Positions 1-13,296 of a DNA stretch of 64,000 bases are shown piece after piece; position 1 is the stretch's first letter, and each line of letters starts with the position of its first letter. A program made the translations under genes and the position numbers. Where the stretch lies: assembly GCF_009834535.1 (NCBI RefSeq), contig NC_045698.1, positions 7,008,001 to 7,072,000 on the forward strand, read 5' to 3'. This stretch comes from Camelus ferus (Eukaryota). Below the pieces are notes generated by a model, which saw nothing but the letters and a program-made list of their open reading frames with translations, made no database searches and was not told the origin of the DNA.

Positions 1-641
1 GTTTCTAGATGTGATGGTGCTACATTAAGGTGTTTCCATCCAATTCCTTCTATTTTCACAGCACACTAACACCTAGCTGATGACCTGCTTGGGGACAGGA
101 TAGGTAGGAAGACAGGGGGTGGAAGATTTAAGGTGAAAAATGAGGCATGAAATTGTTATCCCCAGAATGGAGAGCAAATAGTCCAGGAAAAAAAATGGAT
201 TTGGTGGATGGTGCTGAGAACTCACTGGAAGTTTGAGACTGTGATTTAGAAGTAAATTGAATCAGCCCAGTTCTCCAAAATTCTCCAACAACACCTGACA
301 GCTCAGATGCAGACCTAGACAAAGCAAGGGCTGGGTATTTCCGAGACTGGAGTGGGACCGCTGGGGTGGGCTCTCCTGGGTGCACCCAGATCTCCCTTCA
401 GGAAGAGATGCTCCCCCTGCCGCAGACCAGAGCACTGCCCACTGACAGCCCACAGAGGAGCACCCCCATGGCGCCTGCCCCGGCTGAAGGGGCTGCCCCC
501 CCTGCAGTCAGCACTGGTCAGTGCAGGGGACAAAGGCCTTCTTACCTCGATGAAGCAATGCATAGGGTCAGACTGTATCCATCAGTGCAAAGACAGTCGC
601 GTTTTCTCAGAGGAGACGGGAAAGGAGGCAAGTTGGCCATG

Positions 642-736
642 TTTTTAATAGACTATTTTTTAGAGCAGTTTTAGACTCCCAGCAAAATTGAACAGAAAAT
701 ATAGAGAGTTCCCATTTACCCCCTGAACACCCTCAA

Positions 737-784
<48 letters not shown>

Positions 785-995
785 GCCCCCTCATTATCAA
801 CATTCCCCACCAGAGGGACACATTTGTTACAATCAATGAATCTCCATTGACATACCATCACCCCAAGTCTATAGTTGACATTTGGGTTCACTTTGACAGC
901 ACACAATCTGTGATTTTTGACAAGTGTAGAAGGACATGTATCCATCATTATAATATCACGCATAGCAGTTTCACTGCCGTAAAAATCCTCTGTGT
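642..995 (-). mobile_element. Old L1 (L1MC-like) 3' end fragment
   Basis: Diagnostic tttagagcagttttag...catttgttacaatcaatgaa...aaaaatcctctgtg. Confidence 0.75.
740..782. repeat. (CA)n microsatellite
   Basis: Visible directly. Confidence 0.95.
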
Positions 996-1017
996 CATCA
1001 CCATTTTGACTGAGTTA

Positions 1018-1453
1018 CCATTTCATTTTCTAGGCTGCCATAACAAATTACCACAAACTTAGTGACTTAAAACAATAGAAATTTATTTCCTCTAGTTCTA
1101 GAGGCCAAAAGTCCAAAATCAAGATGTTGGTAGGGCTATTCTCCCTGGGGAAGAATCTATTTCTGCTTCTTCAAGTGTCTGGTGATTGCCGGCATTCCTT
1201 GGTGTTCCTTGGCTTGTAGTGATACCTCTGCCTGAATCTTCACACATCTTCTTCTTTGTGTCCCTTAGAAGGATGCTTGCTTTGGATTTAGGACACACCG
1301 AGATGCTCAGATGAATCATCTCAAGATCCTTAACAAAGTGTTCCAATGGGTTGCATCTGCAAAGACCTTTTTTCCATATAAGGTCACATTCACCCAATTC
1401 CAAGGACTAGGACACAGATATAACTCTTTAGAGGCCACCATTCAACCCACTAC
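1018..1453 (-). mobile_element. MLT1 (ERVL-MaLR) LTR
   Basis: ggctgccataacaaattaccacaaacttagtgacttaaaacaa...ccattcaacccactaca. Confidence 0.85.
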
Positions 1454-2128
1454 AGTTACTTAGAGGTGACTTCCTCTGAGGGGCAGAGATGGATAGAAAT
1501 GTCTCTGGCCTTCTCCACCAAGGGGAGAAAAGGATAATGGACTCCCATGGATGAGACTGGAGGCCGTGCTGGGCACCATTAACAGGCTGGAGCTGGTGGA
1601 GAGGGCACAGGTGGCTCAAAGTGTCTAATTCTGACACCTTTAATACTCGAGAATTAAGATCAGCTCCCTCCTAGACATCCTTGCATGCCGTTCTCAGTGA
1701 CTCGTACTAAACCCAGTTGTCCAAAAGTAAGTGAACAACAACCAAACCCTGGGTAGATGCAGCTGTTTCAGTAATTATGTACCCAACAACATACCTGCAC
1801 CAGAGCTGAGACAACAAAAGAGAAAGAAGGGATTTCCGGCTTTCACTGTCATATGTAAACAGCCAGCAGTACGGACCCCCGCTGTGCAGCAAAATGTCCA
1901 AATATTTTTAAACAGCATATGTCAATATCTACTCCCAATCTGGGGACAGGCACACTCACGTATAATTTCCTTAAATAAAATGCTGGATTAATTTTCTCTT
2001 GAAAATTCTTCTTAAAAGGTTATTGCTTCTTAAAGTATGGATTTACAATTGACCCCACAACCCACCTACCCAGTTTTCAATCAGTACCACTGGGGATAGA
2101 TTGTTTAGACATTCTACGCACATTATCT

Positions 2129-2775
2129 TGAGACAGGAAGGAAGGGGGCAGGGCACAGCCATTCAAGGAATGACGCAGCAATTAACATCAAAATGGTGGA
2201 CGATTCAACTCCCAGTAGGCTTTGAGACTCAAGATGGCAGGAGATTTGACTTCTAGTAGACCTTGAGCCTCATTATACACCCATTATAATATATTAGCAT
2301 GGTGAATAACATGCCCACAGGCGCCATGGCAGCTCCAAGACTAACCATAAAAGGTCAGAGTGGGCAATGGCCAACTTCCTGGGAATCCCAGCCCCTTCCC
2401 CAGGGTGGTTAAAATGGTCCTCCCACTTGTTAGCATGTGAAGCTACTAAGGCCATAAAAACGCAACATGGCACCTGGTGTCCGCATCTCACTCCCTCATC
2501 TTCAGAGATGGCCTGCAGTCTGTGGAGTGTGTACCTACTTCTACTTTAACCTGAGCATCCAACCCCCACAGCTCGTGGCCTTTCTCCTGCCTTCTGAAAC
2601 AGCCTACACTCCAGGCAGTATGTATCTCTCTAAATAAATCTACTTTTACTGAACTGTGGCTTGCTCTTGAATTCTTTCCTGCACGAAGCCAGGGACCCAC
2701 ACCTGGCGGAGCACATCCCAGGGACTCAACGGAGAGCTGAGACATGGGCTTCCTTACACCCCATATCCTGCATCA
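2129..2775 (+). mobile_element. ERV1-class solo LTR
   Basis: TG...CA termini, TATA-like cataaaaa at ~2453, aataaa at ~2633, and a U5-like cttgaattctttcctgcacgaagcc motif. Confidence 0.75.
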
Positions 2776-3543
2776 GTTTCTGAGCAACACAATAAACAGG
2801 GCTGGATTTCTGGGTCAGCCCTTAAAGTCATTACCTTAGAGTCTAATTAGAAGTTGTTTAAGATATAGAAACTATGCAATGAAAAAAAATAGTAAAGAAT
2901 ACAGTTCTGGTCGTGTTACAGCAAACAGCAATGATGAAAAGGAATGTGTTGTTAGGTCTCCTGAACTGTGGTCAAAGAAAGCCTGACTCGAGGAGGGTGA
3001 AGGGTGAGGCGGGGGTAGAAATTATGCAGGGCAGTTCGGGGACCCCCAAAACCCCAGCCATTGGTGATGCCTGTTCATTTCATCTCCAGTGTCATCTTGA
3101 GAAAGGCTTGGGTCACCCTGACACATGGTAACAATCAGCCCTGCCCCTTACCCCTTCTCAGCAGAGGAGTCTAATGAGTTTATGTGTCTTATTGGGTTTT
3201 TGTTTTTGTTTTTGCTTTTTGCCTGGCTCACCAAGAGAACTAAGAAAGAGAGTGTAAAGGAAATATTTTTGAGGATACTGAACAAAATTATAGAAAAAGA
3301 TGTGGGAGGAGGTGTGAGGTAGGCAGGTGTGTGGATCTGAGAGATGCTGGGAATGGTGGAGATTGTCAAGCCCCTGGGCAATGGGAAGAGGACAGCAGGA
3401 GCGAGACATGCAGAAGATGCTCTGTAGGTTCCCAAGCCCCACACCTGCATTTCAAGTCCCCACACCCCAGCCTCCCACCCCTGCTGCTCGGATAGGTGCC
3501 TGCACCTGACAGCCACTGAGGAGGAGGAAGTAAGCAAGTGGCT

Positions 3544-3597
3544 CTGGTATATCCTGATACATACTGGTACATACTGGTATATCCTGGTACATCCTGG
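3544..3597. repeat. 10-bp minisatellite (ctggta(c/t)at(a/c)), ~5 copies
   Basis: ctggtatatc ctgatacata ctggtacata ctggtatatc ctggtacatc. Confidence 0.85.
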
Positions 3598-5280
3598 GAG
3601 TGTGTACCTCTGGAATTGCTGGGAAGACCACGTGACGGGGGAGGTGGCTGCTGGGAGGCTGATTCCAAGTGCTGCTGCCTGAGGAGGATGCAAGGGCTCT
3701 GCCCTCCCTAAGGCCCTGCCCTCTGGGCTGCACACCTTCCCTCTGCGGGACGGAGATGCTCGTGAGCATCCTGGGTCATTGAGAAGGGAGGCTTGGCCCA
3801 GGACAAAGCAGCTGGGGCCAAACAGATCTCAGGGCTCACACTGACCTGGCCCCTCAGCACCCTCAGGTGACTTCAAAGGATGATCAGTAAAAGGGCAAGG
3901 GTCACGGCTCCTCACAGTGCCTGCTTGTGGGACCCACTGGATGCTGGCAAGAGAGTCTGCACAGCTGGTTCAGCAAATACCAGGAGCCCAGTGATCAGGG
4001 CAGAACGGACTGGACTGGGCTGACTCCCGTCTGTCCTTCTCATGACCCACTGACCTGGACCTTGCTCCCTGGACCACAGACCTAACTTTCTGCCCCCACC
4101 CTCTCAGTTCTCCAGCCTGCACCTTCACAAAGCACTGAATCTTTAACCAGTAGGGTGACAAGGTAGTCTGGCTCTTTCTTCATTTCCCCCAACCCATTTT
4201 TTATAGTATAAACATTATAAATCAACACACAGGGGCTCATTTAGCTTTTGAGAGCCAAAGACAAGTCCATGAATCTCAAACACCTTTTTCTTTTTCAAAA
4301 GGCTCGATTCCTGAAATCAATAGCCTTGAATCTCAAGATTACTATCTCTTCATAAATTCTAAAACCCAGCTAAGAAACCCCAGGAATAAGATGTGATTTC
4401 TCCACTATCTGCACAGTTCACTGTTCACGACTTTCTCGAGAGAAGAATGTGGAAGTCCCCAGTCCATGGAAATCCTGAGATTGAGGAAAAGTAGGTGTGA
4501 AAAACACCAAAAATTGTATGTGTATTACACTGGTTAATAAATCAAGATGTTTTCCCATAATAACAGCTGCATAACTGCTGCAAAAAAAAAAAATGTCTTA
4601 CATGCTTGTAGAATAGTTGGTCCCTGTTGTGGGTTATCTGCGTATTTGGCTGGGACAAGGGAGAGCCCTGCCTTTGAATAGTAGATGCCTGGATTCTGAT
4701 TAATTTATGGATTTCTGAATTATTCAAAGGTTCTATCCTGAACGTGAATTGTGACCATTGTTTGAAGCAAATAATAAATAGACTTTTTAAAAAGAATGAA
4801 CAATAAAGGTAAAATGAAATTGTTAAGATAAAGCCTTTGCATGTGTGGGGTGTTTTTGAATCACACCTCTGTCACCGGTGAGGAAACTGAGGCTAAGGGA
4901 CTTGCCTGCAAGTGTAGAGGGTCAGGGACATCCTGTGGTCTCCAGGGGTCAGGGCATACGGCAGAGGGCACCTAGCACTTCTAGATCTTTCTGGCTTTTT
5001 CCAGACAGAATTGATTCCTGAGGACTTTCATCAGCCTAGGGCTTTTTCATCCCTGTCTCCATGCTCCCGTGAATGAGAGGTTTCCAGAATCAGACACTCT
5101 GAGAATCCCACTGATTATCAGAGGCTCAGAGTGTCATCCTACATCCAACTGTGAACAGAAGACGTCAGAAAACCTGCCCACCTCCTTCACCCTCCAGAGG
5201 AGACGGGGCCACTTCCAGCCTTGGTCACTTCTGGGGGCTGCATTCACTCTGATCCCCACCCCAGTCTGAGAACTGCCTGG

Positions 5281-5665
5281 TGTGCTAGTTAAATAGTGGC
5301 CCCCAAGATGTCCTCATACCCATCCCCAGATCGTGTGAATGTGTTACCTTATATGTCAAAGGAGCACCTCAGATGTGACAAAGGAGCACCTCAGATGTGA
5401 CAAAGGATCTTGAGATGGGACGACTATCCTGGATTACCTAGGCGCGCCCACGTTTGTAAGCAGACTGGAATACAATGACACAGCCAAGGAACGAGCAACC
5501 TTAGAAGCTGGAGAGCCAAGGAATACATTCTCACCTTGAAATCCTCCCTTACGGGGATTTTAGCCCCGTAAGACACCTTGCAGATTTCTGGAAACTCCAG
5601 AACTGTGCCAGAATAAAGGTGTGTTGTTTTAAATTCATGATAATTTGCTGCAACAGCCAAAGAGA
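5281..5665 (+). mobile_element. MLT1D-like LTR with an internal 22-bp tandem duplication (5357-5400)
   Basis: ggcccccaagatgtcc...tgtgaatgtgttaccttatatg; caaaggagcacctcagatgtga occurs twice. Confidence 0.85.
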
Positions 5666-7895
5666 AAAAACACCCCTGGTTTAGAGCCAGAGAGAGCCCC
5701 TCCCCTTCCATGCCCCAGTTCTCTGGTCTAATGGCCATCACAAGGCTGCTCGCGGCCCTGGTCATTCAAGCTGCATGGTGAGCACACATGCCTGCAGGGA
5801 CAAGATCAACCAAAGGGTCCAAGCAAGAAGCACAGACCCTGTCTGCCTTTGATTTCTCTTGCTTCTGGGGCAGGAATTTCAATGCTGAAATCCTATCACC
5901 ACTATAAAGCAGTCAAGTGCAAGTTGTGTCGGTGACCAGAATTAGCAATATGTGGCTACTGCCTTCTCCATCAGAGGCAGCAAACTGGAATGAAAAAGCT
6001 AGCAGCAAGAAAAAGGCACTAGGAAAGACGGCTTGGATGTCACATGCTTGGGTTCCAGCCCTGGCTGTCTAATGACCCATCCGGTGTCGTGCAGGGCATC
6101 CTTTAAATACTTTGCATTTCCAGCTTTTCATCTCTAAGATCAGGATTAATTATGCCTTCTCTCCAGAGATGCTGTGAAATCCATTCAATTAAGGCTGTAC
6201 TAATTTTCTCACTGTTGGTAACTAGTCTGTGACTTGAATACAGCCTGAGAGATGGAGGCTGTAAACACCTTTGAACCAGGTGAGAGAGCGGTACCATTGT
6301 TAGACACTTCCTGGACCCTGCATCTCTCACACATAGCTGGGGGACGGAGTGGAAGAGAGGAAAGCGAGGCTGTTCTAGAAAAGAGAGGACCTGCCATCAC
6401 TGGCTAGGCAACTTACCTCCCCAAAATACTCTGTGGCAAAGTTTTCAAAATGTTGATGTGAAAGACAATTTCTACAAAGCGAAATGTTGGTAGAAGTCCA
6501 ACCTGTAAAACTGCTAAGTGTGGCATTATTTGGATTGACACAGGGAACAGATCTCAGCACCCAGCCAGGTCCCCTGCGGCCGCCCCAGATCCGCCGGAAA
6601 AACGTTGTGTGGCTCTGGGGAGCTCAGCCCGAGACCACTGCTCCGCTCTGTCCTCGTGGCTGTTAGAGCCACTGGTCCCACTGGGTCTAGAATGTTTTTA
6701 ATGAAAACAGGGGCCTTTCACAGGAAAAAAACAGAAGCCCAGAATTATTGTCTCATCAGGCAAATGTCAGACTAGTAGCAGAGTGTGAATTATGGAGCAG
6801 AAGGGAGCTCCAACAATCCTATAAATCGGCCCCTTGTTTCCCATCACCCCAGTCACCTGACTTTCAGCCCTGTGCTATTTATATTAAGCCACATGGCCCC
6901 TCACACCTTCTCACACTGTTTCATGTTTTCCTCTCTCTGCGGCCCTGATTTGCCCCTTTAGAGGTTAACCCCTTCCAGCCTCCTCTGCTCTTCTGTCATA
7001 GTGAGCTTCATACAGTCACATGTGCCTAAAACACTCTTACTCTTCGATGTGCCAGCCCATCAATTCTCCATAATTGCAAGGCAGTAGAAAATAAATGTTG
7101 ATTTATCCCAAATGCAATCCCATTCGTTAACCAAGGGAAGGCCAAAGAAATCTAACTATAACACAGTTTCTAAAAACGCCGGGGTTGCAAACACAAATCG
7201 TTTAATGTGTGCAGATTTTAAGGATGGTGTTTTGAATGATTTCTGCGGTCTGTCCTGACATCTCATCAGGAGTCCTATTGTTTCTACCCTGGTGGCCCTG
7301 GTACCACTTAGCCCTTTGCTCGTTGCATGTCCCGGGCCTACCCTCCAGTACCACTCGGTTCTACCCACGTGACACAGTACCCCTCTGACAGCAGGTGGAC
7401 ACTAAGTTGCAGAAAGGGATGTGAAAGGCAGAATAGGCCCCAACTGAGATCGTTTGCCTGATGCGGTCAGAGGAATGGCACCCAGCACCTGTTAACATGT
7501 TCATTCCCTGGAGCTCACCCACCCCTCCTGACCTGACCAGCCCCCTCGCTGGCTCGCTGCCTCTTTTCCTGCTGCCTCTGCGCCCCTGTGCAGCTCAGGT
7601 GCAGTCAGCTGCCGCCGCCTAAGCTAAAACCCAAGGAATTTCAGCAGGGTCCTAAGGACAGTTGATTCCCCTCTGGATCTTGCTATCTGGGGGCACAGGG
7701 CTTCTCTGCTCTCATACCACAAAACCATCAGAAGTTTCTGCCTTCAATGGCACTTGTGGGAAGGCAGGGCCCTGGGGCTCCCTTTTCAGGGGTCCACCAA
7801 CATCTGTGCCCAATTGCTTCCCCAAGGCAGTTGTCCTGGTCTGAAAAAGGATGGGCACTCTGCTGGGGTCATTGCTCAGAGCCTCCTGCCTCATT

Positions 7896-8563
7896 GTCCT
7901 GACACCAGTTCTCTGATATCCACTGGGTGTCCTGCGATTCCATTCAGTTCGGACACTAACTCCTCAGAGTTGGAGCGGAGCCCACAGGTTAAGGGCAAAG
8001 TCCTCCACAAGACCATCCCAACTTCATATCCCAGCCACAAATCTTGAAGGCCACCTCCACTCCTGCCCAATGGCTTTAAGTTCAGAAGTCCCTCGTGACC
8101 CCCTTGGTTTTAATAATTCAGTAGAACAAGTCATACACTCACGAGACTGCTGCACTTACTATCAGAATTTTATTACAAAGGACATAACTCAGGAAGAGCC
8201 AGATGTCAGAGACGCACAAGGCCAGGTCTGGAAGGGTCCCACACGCAGAGCTCCCACGCCCTGTCTGTGGAGTCCAGACACATCACCTTCCTGGCGTATC
8301 AAAGTGGTGCTCAGATAGGATGCTTTTGCAACTTTGGGTGTCTAGACTTTTATAGGGGTCTTAGTATGTCATTGGCCACGTGACTAGCCCCTCTCTCATA
8401 TCTAAGGGCCCATATCTTGAGTTACCTCATTAGCATAAATTCAGGTGTGTTTGAAAGGGTTCATTAATAAAGGACACTCCCATCACTCAGAGAACGCACA
8501 GGGTCTTGAAGGTGTGGGCTAGAAGCTGGGAACAAGGACCAGATACGTTCTTTATCATACTAC
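7896..8563. mobile_element. MER21-like LTR
   Basis: ctgggtgtcctgcgattccattcagttcggacactaac...ggttaagggc...ggaacaaggaccagata. Confidence 0.75.
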
Positions 8564-8799
8564 ACTCAGGCTTCACAGCCCACAAGCCAGAGAGAGACCC
8601 ACCGGCCTTTCTCCACGCTCAGCTCTTAACACCCACTTCCTTAGGGGATGACTGTACCAGACGGGAGGATGCGTAATGGAAGAGATGGAACGTGCTGGCT
8701 AACATTTGCTCCCATTATGCTGCCATAACCTGCACATATATTCTTGGTTCCTGATCTTTCAAGCACATATAAGCACTCCCCCAGGCACAGTGACCACGC

Positions 8800-9365
8800 A
8801 TCTCAGGTTCTCATTTATTTTTCTATTCAACAAATATGCAATAAGTCCCTGCAATACGGTGGGCTCCCAGTGAAGCTCTGATATAGAGACATCATAGCGG
8901 ACAAAGTGTCTGCCCCCAGGGAAGCTTACAGGCTAGCATATGAAAGAAACCAACTAACAGTTCATTATTTCATCACAATGGTGCCACAGTGGGTGAATTA
9001 CTGGGTGCTGTGTGAGCAGATGGTGGGGAGACCCAGCCCAGACAGGCCTGGGCACCTACCATCACTGTGAGAGCTCAAGCATCACTAGGTGGCAGGGAGG
9101 TAAAGGTTGGGGAGGTGGAAGCGGGAGGAGGAGGATCCAAGCAGAGGAAATGTGCATGCAAGCTCCAAGGTGGGAAGCCTTGGTTAAAGGAACTGAATGA
9201 AGGGTTGCATGGCGCCCAGAGAATGGGAGACGGCAGGACAACATGATCGTTTATGATTTAGAAACAGAATTCTGCTGCCATGTAGAGAGTGAGTGGAAGG
9301 GAGCTAAGAGGAATTTGGGAGGCAAATTTGATGGCTAGTTCTATAGTCCACATAGATGTGATTGT
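8800..9365 (+). mobile_element. L2 fragment
   Basis: attcaacaaatat...tgcccccagggaagcttacag; degenerate L2 3' region. Confidence 0.55.
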
Positions 9366-9384
9366 GGCTTCACCCAAGATAGTG

Positions 9385-10000
9385 GTGCGATGGATGTTTA
9401 TAAAAGCTTTATTCATAATTGCCAAAACTTGGAAGCAACTAAGACGTCCTTCAATGGATGGATGGCTAAACAAGCTGTGGTAATCCAGACAGTGGAAAAG
9501 TAATGACTATCAAGTCCTGAAAAGACACAGAGGAACTATAAATGCATACTGCTAAGTGAAAGAAGCCAATCTGAAAAACTTACCTACTGTGTGATTCCAT
9601 CTATATGACATTCTGGAAAAGACAAAACTGGAGACATGAGAAGATCAGTGGTTTCTAGGAGACTGGGGAGAGTGAGGTAAAAAATGAATAGGTGGAGAAC
9701 AGGGGAATTTTAGGGCAGTGAAGCTATTCTACAGGATACTGTTATGGTGGATACACGTCATTATATATTTGTCCAAGCCCATAGAACTGAACAACAAAAA
9801 GAGTGATCTCTAATGTAAACAATGGATTTCAGTTAATTTTTCAATATTGGCTCATCTGCTGTAACAAATGTACCACACTGATGCAAGAGGTTAAGAATAG
9901 GGAAGGGGAGAGGAGACTAGGGAAATTCTCCATACTTTTCGCCTAATTTTTCTGTAAACCTAAAACTGCTCTAAAAAAGAAAATCTATTAATAAAAAAAA
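9385..10000 (+). mobile_element. Old L1 (L1MC-like) 3' end with poly-A
   Basis: tttattcataattgccaaaacttggaagcaac...tgtaaacctaaaactgctctaaaa plus A tail. Confidence 0.85.
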
Positions 10001-10239
10001 AACTTTTTTAAAAGATGGTGGTGTGGAGGTGGAGGTATTTTCAGTGGACTTGGTAGCTGATTGGATAGAGGAGCTCTGCAAGGGGGAGGTGTCGCAGGTG
10101 GAGCCTCATTTTCTAGCTTGAGCTGCCTGGTGGTGCTTTGAACTTGTAAATAATGGTGAGGGGTCCAATTAGGGGACAGGTGGGTGGGGGGAGAATCAGG
10201 GTAGAGCATGAGTTTAGTTTCACTAATATAGTCCCAGTT

Positions 10240-11890
10240 TCAAATATTCTATTCTGCTGTCTCCATAAACTCAACATCTCTCAGAAAATCTGCTATTTTG
10301 GTAACTAAACCACATTTCCAGATTTCCTTTAGTACAAAAGTATCCCTGAGTTTTATTTTATCAGACCAAGAGCCTTTGGATCCAAAAATGTGGTTACTAA
10401 ATCTGTAAGATATCCCTTTACACTTATGAAGTTGGTTAATTAACCACTTTCCTAAAGCCCACATCCATGGTAAGTTTTAGCACAGTGACAATAATAACAC
10501 AAGTAAGCTATTTTCTTTTAGGCAAAAAAACAAAAAAAAAAACATTTGGAAACCTCAACCTGGAGACAATTCTATCCCGGAAAAGAATAGATCCCTCTGA
10601 GATGATTATTCCCACCACCACCCCACTCCATCTTCTGTGTTCAACCTTGATTAAATAATGGGAAACACTTGCACATAATGAGTGGCCCGCAATTGTCAAC
10701 AGCCCAAGAACTTTACCCCCAGGTCCCCCCCTGCAACATGGCAGGTTGCCCTACTACACAGTGATTAATTCTGGGATACGGAGCTAATCTATAACCAAGT
10801 TCCAACAGAAACATTTTAGTACTGCTTGTCATAAGCAAAACAGGATGGTGCATACTGAAATGGTTACTAACCAATTTTCATAATCAAAAAGCATTGTGCT
10901 GTATTGGCTAAAACATTAGTCATGGGATTAGAATCCATCCTCCCCTGAATAGTCTAATCCTCTTAAAATGGCTCAGAGTAATCAGGTTAGCTCCACTATA
11001 AATTTTAGTAAACCCATCACTCTTATAAAGGAGTTTCAGAAAAGGAAAGATCAAACAGCTTCTTAAATCCTTGATGCTGATGAAACGTTGGGCAAAATAA
11101 AAGTCTTACAGAGCACTTACATAATTGACTTGAGCTAAAATATACTAATAGAGATACATTTGCCATCATAAATGGATTTGTACTCTAAAAACTTCCACTG
11201 TGGAAACAGATTCTGAGTGCTGATCTTCTAAATAATGTGACAGTAATGAGAAAAATTACGGGGAAATATCTCACTGAGCGCCCCAACTCCAGCAATTATT
11301 ATGTGGAAGCCCCATTCAGCAATGCTGTGTGAGACTATGACTAGTGGTGATTGTTTCGCGACTTTCTGGTGAGGATCGTACCCTCCGCCAGTGGGTGATG
11401 CTGACTTGACAAGTACACTCAGCTCAAGCTTCTCAGTACATCCAGTTGGCCTCAGGAAATTCATCAAATCCATTCTCACCTCAAGTCTCCTACGTCTCTG
11501 TTACACATACCCTATGACTAAGCCATGACTCCGCTTTCCAACAGTTTGCAGACGTACTCGAGAAGCCAAGAGTAGGGTCACCAATGTGCTCCTGTAAGTC
11601 TCTACTTAGATTCAGTTTTTCATTTTTCTCTTCTCCCCATGATCCTGGATCCTTATGTTTATGGTCTGACTTATCCACTGTCCAATCTAGATTTGTGACA
11701 TCAAAAATTATAATAATCACACCTGCCTATTTTTATTCAAGCTACATATAAAAATGTTGAAAGTTACAGATTCTAGAATAACATCCTGTTTCAAATTCAA
11801 ATTGACATAAGATGGCATCGTCACCCAACTGTTCATTCTTTCCGATAAGCATCCTTGCATTCAACCCAAAGTTTTCTGAAGGTTTACCTG
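10240..11890 (-). pseudogene. GREB1-like pseudogene block H (TAGT C-half and C-terminal domain)
   Basis: NPFMMANVSLLVYF (cf. EPFSRCHVHNFIIL); DLSF/LKLLYKSDG..HFKRIRLFRGG (cf. DVDFNLRVHSAG..KKQIVVGG); KMFLLELGYRLAPY (cf. KFLQHHSHLFFP); WSGVVVGIII (cf. FSGLLLYL); DKIKLRDTFVLKEIWK (cf. DRSSLRQTVVRLELEDEWQ). Confidence 0.65.
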
Positions 11891-11989
11891 AGGCTGGACA
11901 TACACACAAACATAGCAGTGTAGGGCTCATGAACTTACACTGAATGCAGTCAAACAGGTTCTAAGATTCAAACTCCCCCACTGACTCAC

Positions 11990-12858
11990 CAGAAGGGAAC
12001 ACTTCCCCACTATTCCACCCCCACCTAAATATGGCTTCCCGTGACTGCCCCTTCTTTGCCATTTATGCAGGAGAAGTCAACCACCCTCTCAAAAGTGAAA
12101 AAGCTGCTACCAATGTAATTCCAATCAAAATGCTTTCACACTTTAGGAGAGCGTTAGTGTGAGGGTTCATTTTATGTATCGATTTGGCTGGACCTGGTGC
12201 CCAGATACATGACCCAATACTATTCTGAGTGTTTCTGGGATGAGATTTGCATTTAAGTTGGTGGACTACGAATAAAGCAGACTGCCGTCCATAATGTGGG
12301 GCATCTGTTCATCCAATCAGTTGAAGGTCTTAAGTGAACAAAAGATTGACCTCCCAGGACTAAGAGGGAATTCTGCCAGCAGACAGCCTTCAGTCATGAA
12401 CTGCAGAATCAGCTCTTTCCCTGCAGCAGGACAGCCTTTGGACTTGAAAACAACATAGGATTTTTTCTGGGGCTCTAGTCTGATGGCCTTCAGATTTGAA
12501 CTGCAGATTTTGGACCTCCCAGTATATATATATTATGTTATTATATATGGTATATTATATACTGTACATACATATATCCTGGAGAACTCTAACACAATTG
12601 AAAAGTATCTTAATATAAAAGTACAAAAATGTAATAATACATTGGACAAAAACAGTCTCTATATCCATTGTCCTCCAAATTAATTATGAATGATATCCCA
12701 ATAGCCTCTTTATTCTCTTCAAATGACTCACATCCATTGTTCTTTAGACTTCCTTCAGGATGCATTCACCTTCTCCTTCGTCCTTGAAATCTTGGGTGAA
12801 GGAAAGTATATAAATATCGTGTCTCTGCAATTCCAGTGTTCGACTCTTTGAAAGGTAT
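11990..12858 (-). pseudogene. GREB1-like pseudogene block G (TAGT core), interrupted by MLT2
   Basis: After cagtag: IPFKESNTGIAETRYLY (cf. LPSIFNSAGVGAAHFLI) and SFIINLEDN (cf. PFIVISDDS). Donor ctg|gtgagt at ~11989. Confidence 0.55.
12158..12597 (+). mobile_element. MLT2 (ERVL) LTR
   Basis: tgtgagggttcattttatgtatcgatttggctgg...gtgcccagata...ctggagaactctaacaca. Confidence 0.85.
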
Positions 12859-13296
12859 CTACTGAATCATAGGTCAAGATACAGCCACTCTCTGGAGCCA
12901 AAGTCACAAGAACATTAATAACTCCTAGTGGATTTATGAGTCAGGCTTATTGAGCAAAAAAATTACATTCAGGGCACAAGAGCCCCTCAAGTCAAATGAG
13001 AAAGGGAAGTTTGATTGAGAGTGGTAGGAACTGGACTTGCTCAGGGCAAGAGACTCCTGCGCTCAACACTTCTGGGAGGGGAAGAGAAGGGCCACGTTAG
13101 ATGTAGGTTACCACCAGTGACAGCCACCCTACACACACACACACACGGACACGTGCTGCAGCTAAAATGATTTTTTTAATGACAAGTCACTTCTTAGAGG
13201 AGGTCTTGGTATAATGAGATGCCACCATAAAGTAACAAAACCACAAGAGGATGCAGAAACACAGGGGGACAACAGTATCTAATGCTGCCAAGTTAC

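Noticed and set aside
3148..3735. Longest ORF in the track (195 aa)
   Set aside because: Low complexity, spans a minisatellite and simple repeats, with no recognisable domain or exon signals.
12880..13020. Alternative TAGT start IKLPFLI*LEG..VINVLV
   Set aside because: Weaker than the 13.4-kb match (HLSVLFVKD), which ends at a good donor. Probably chance or intronic, though a partial duplication is not excluded.
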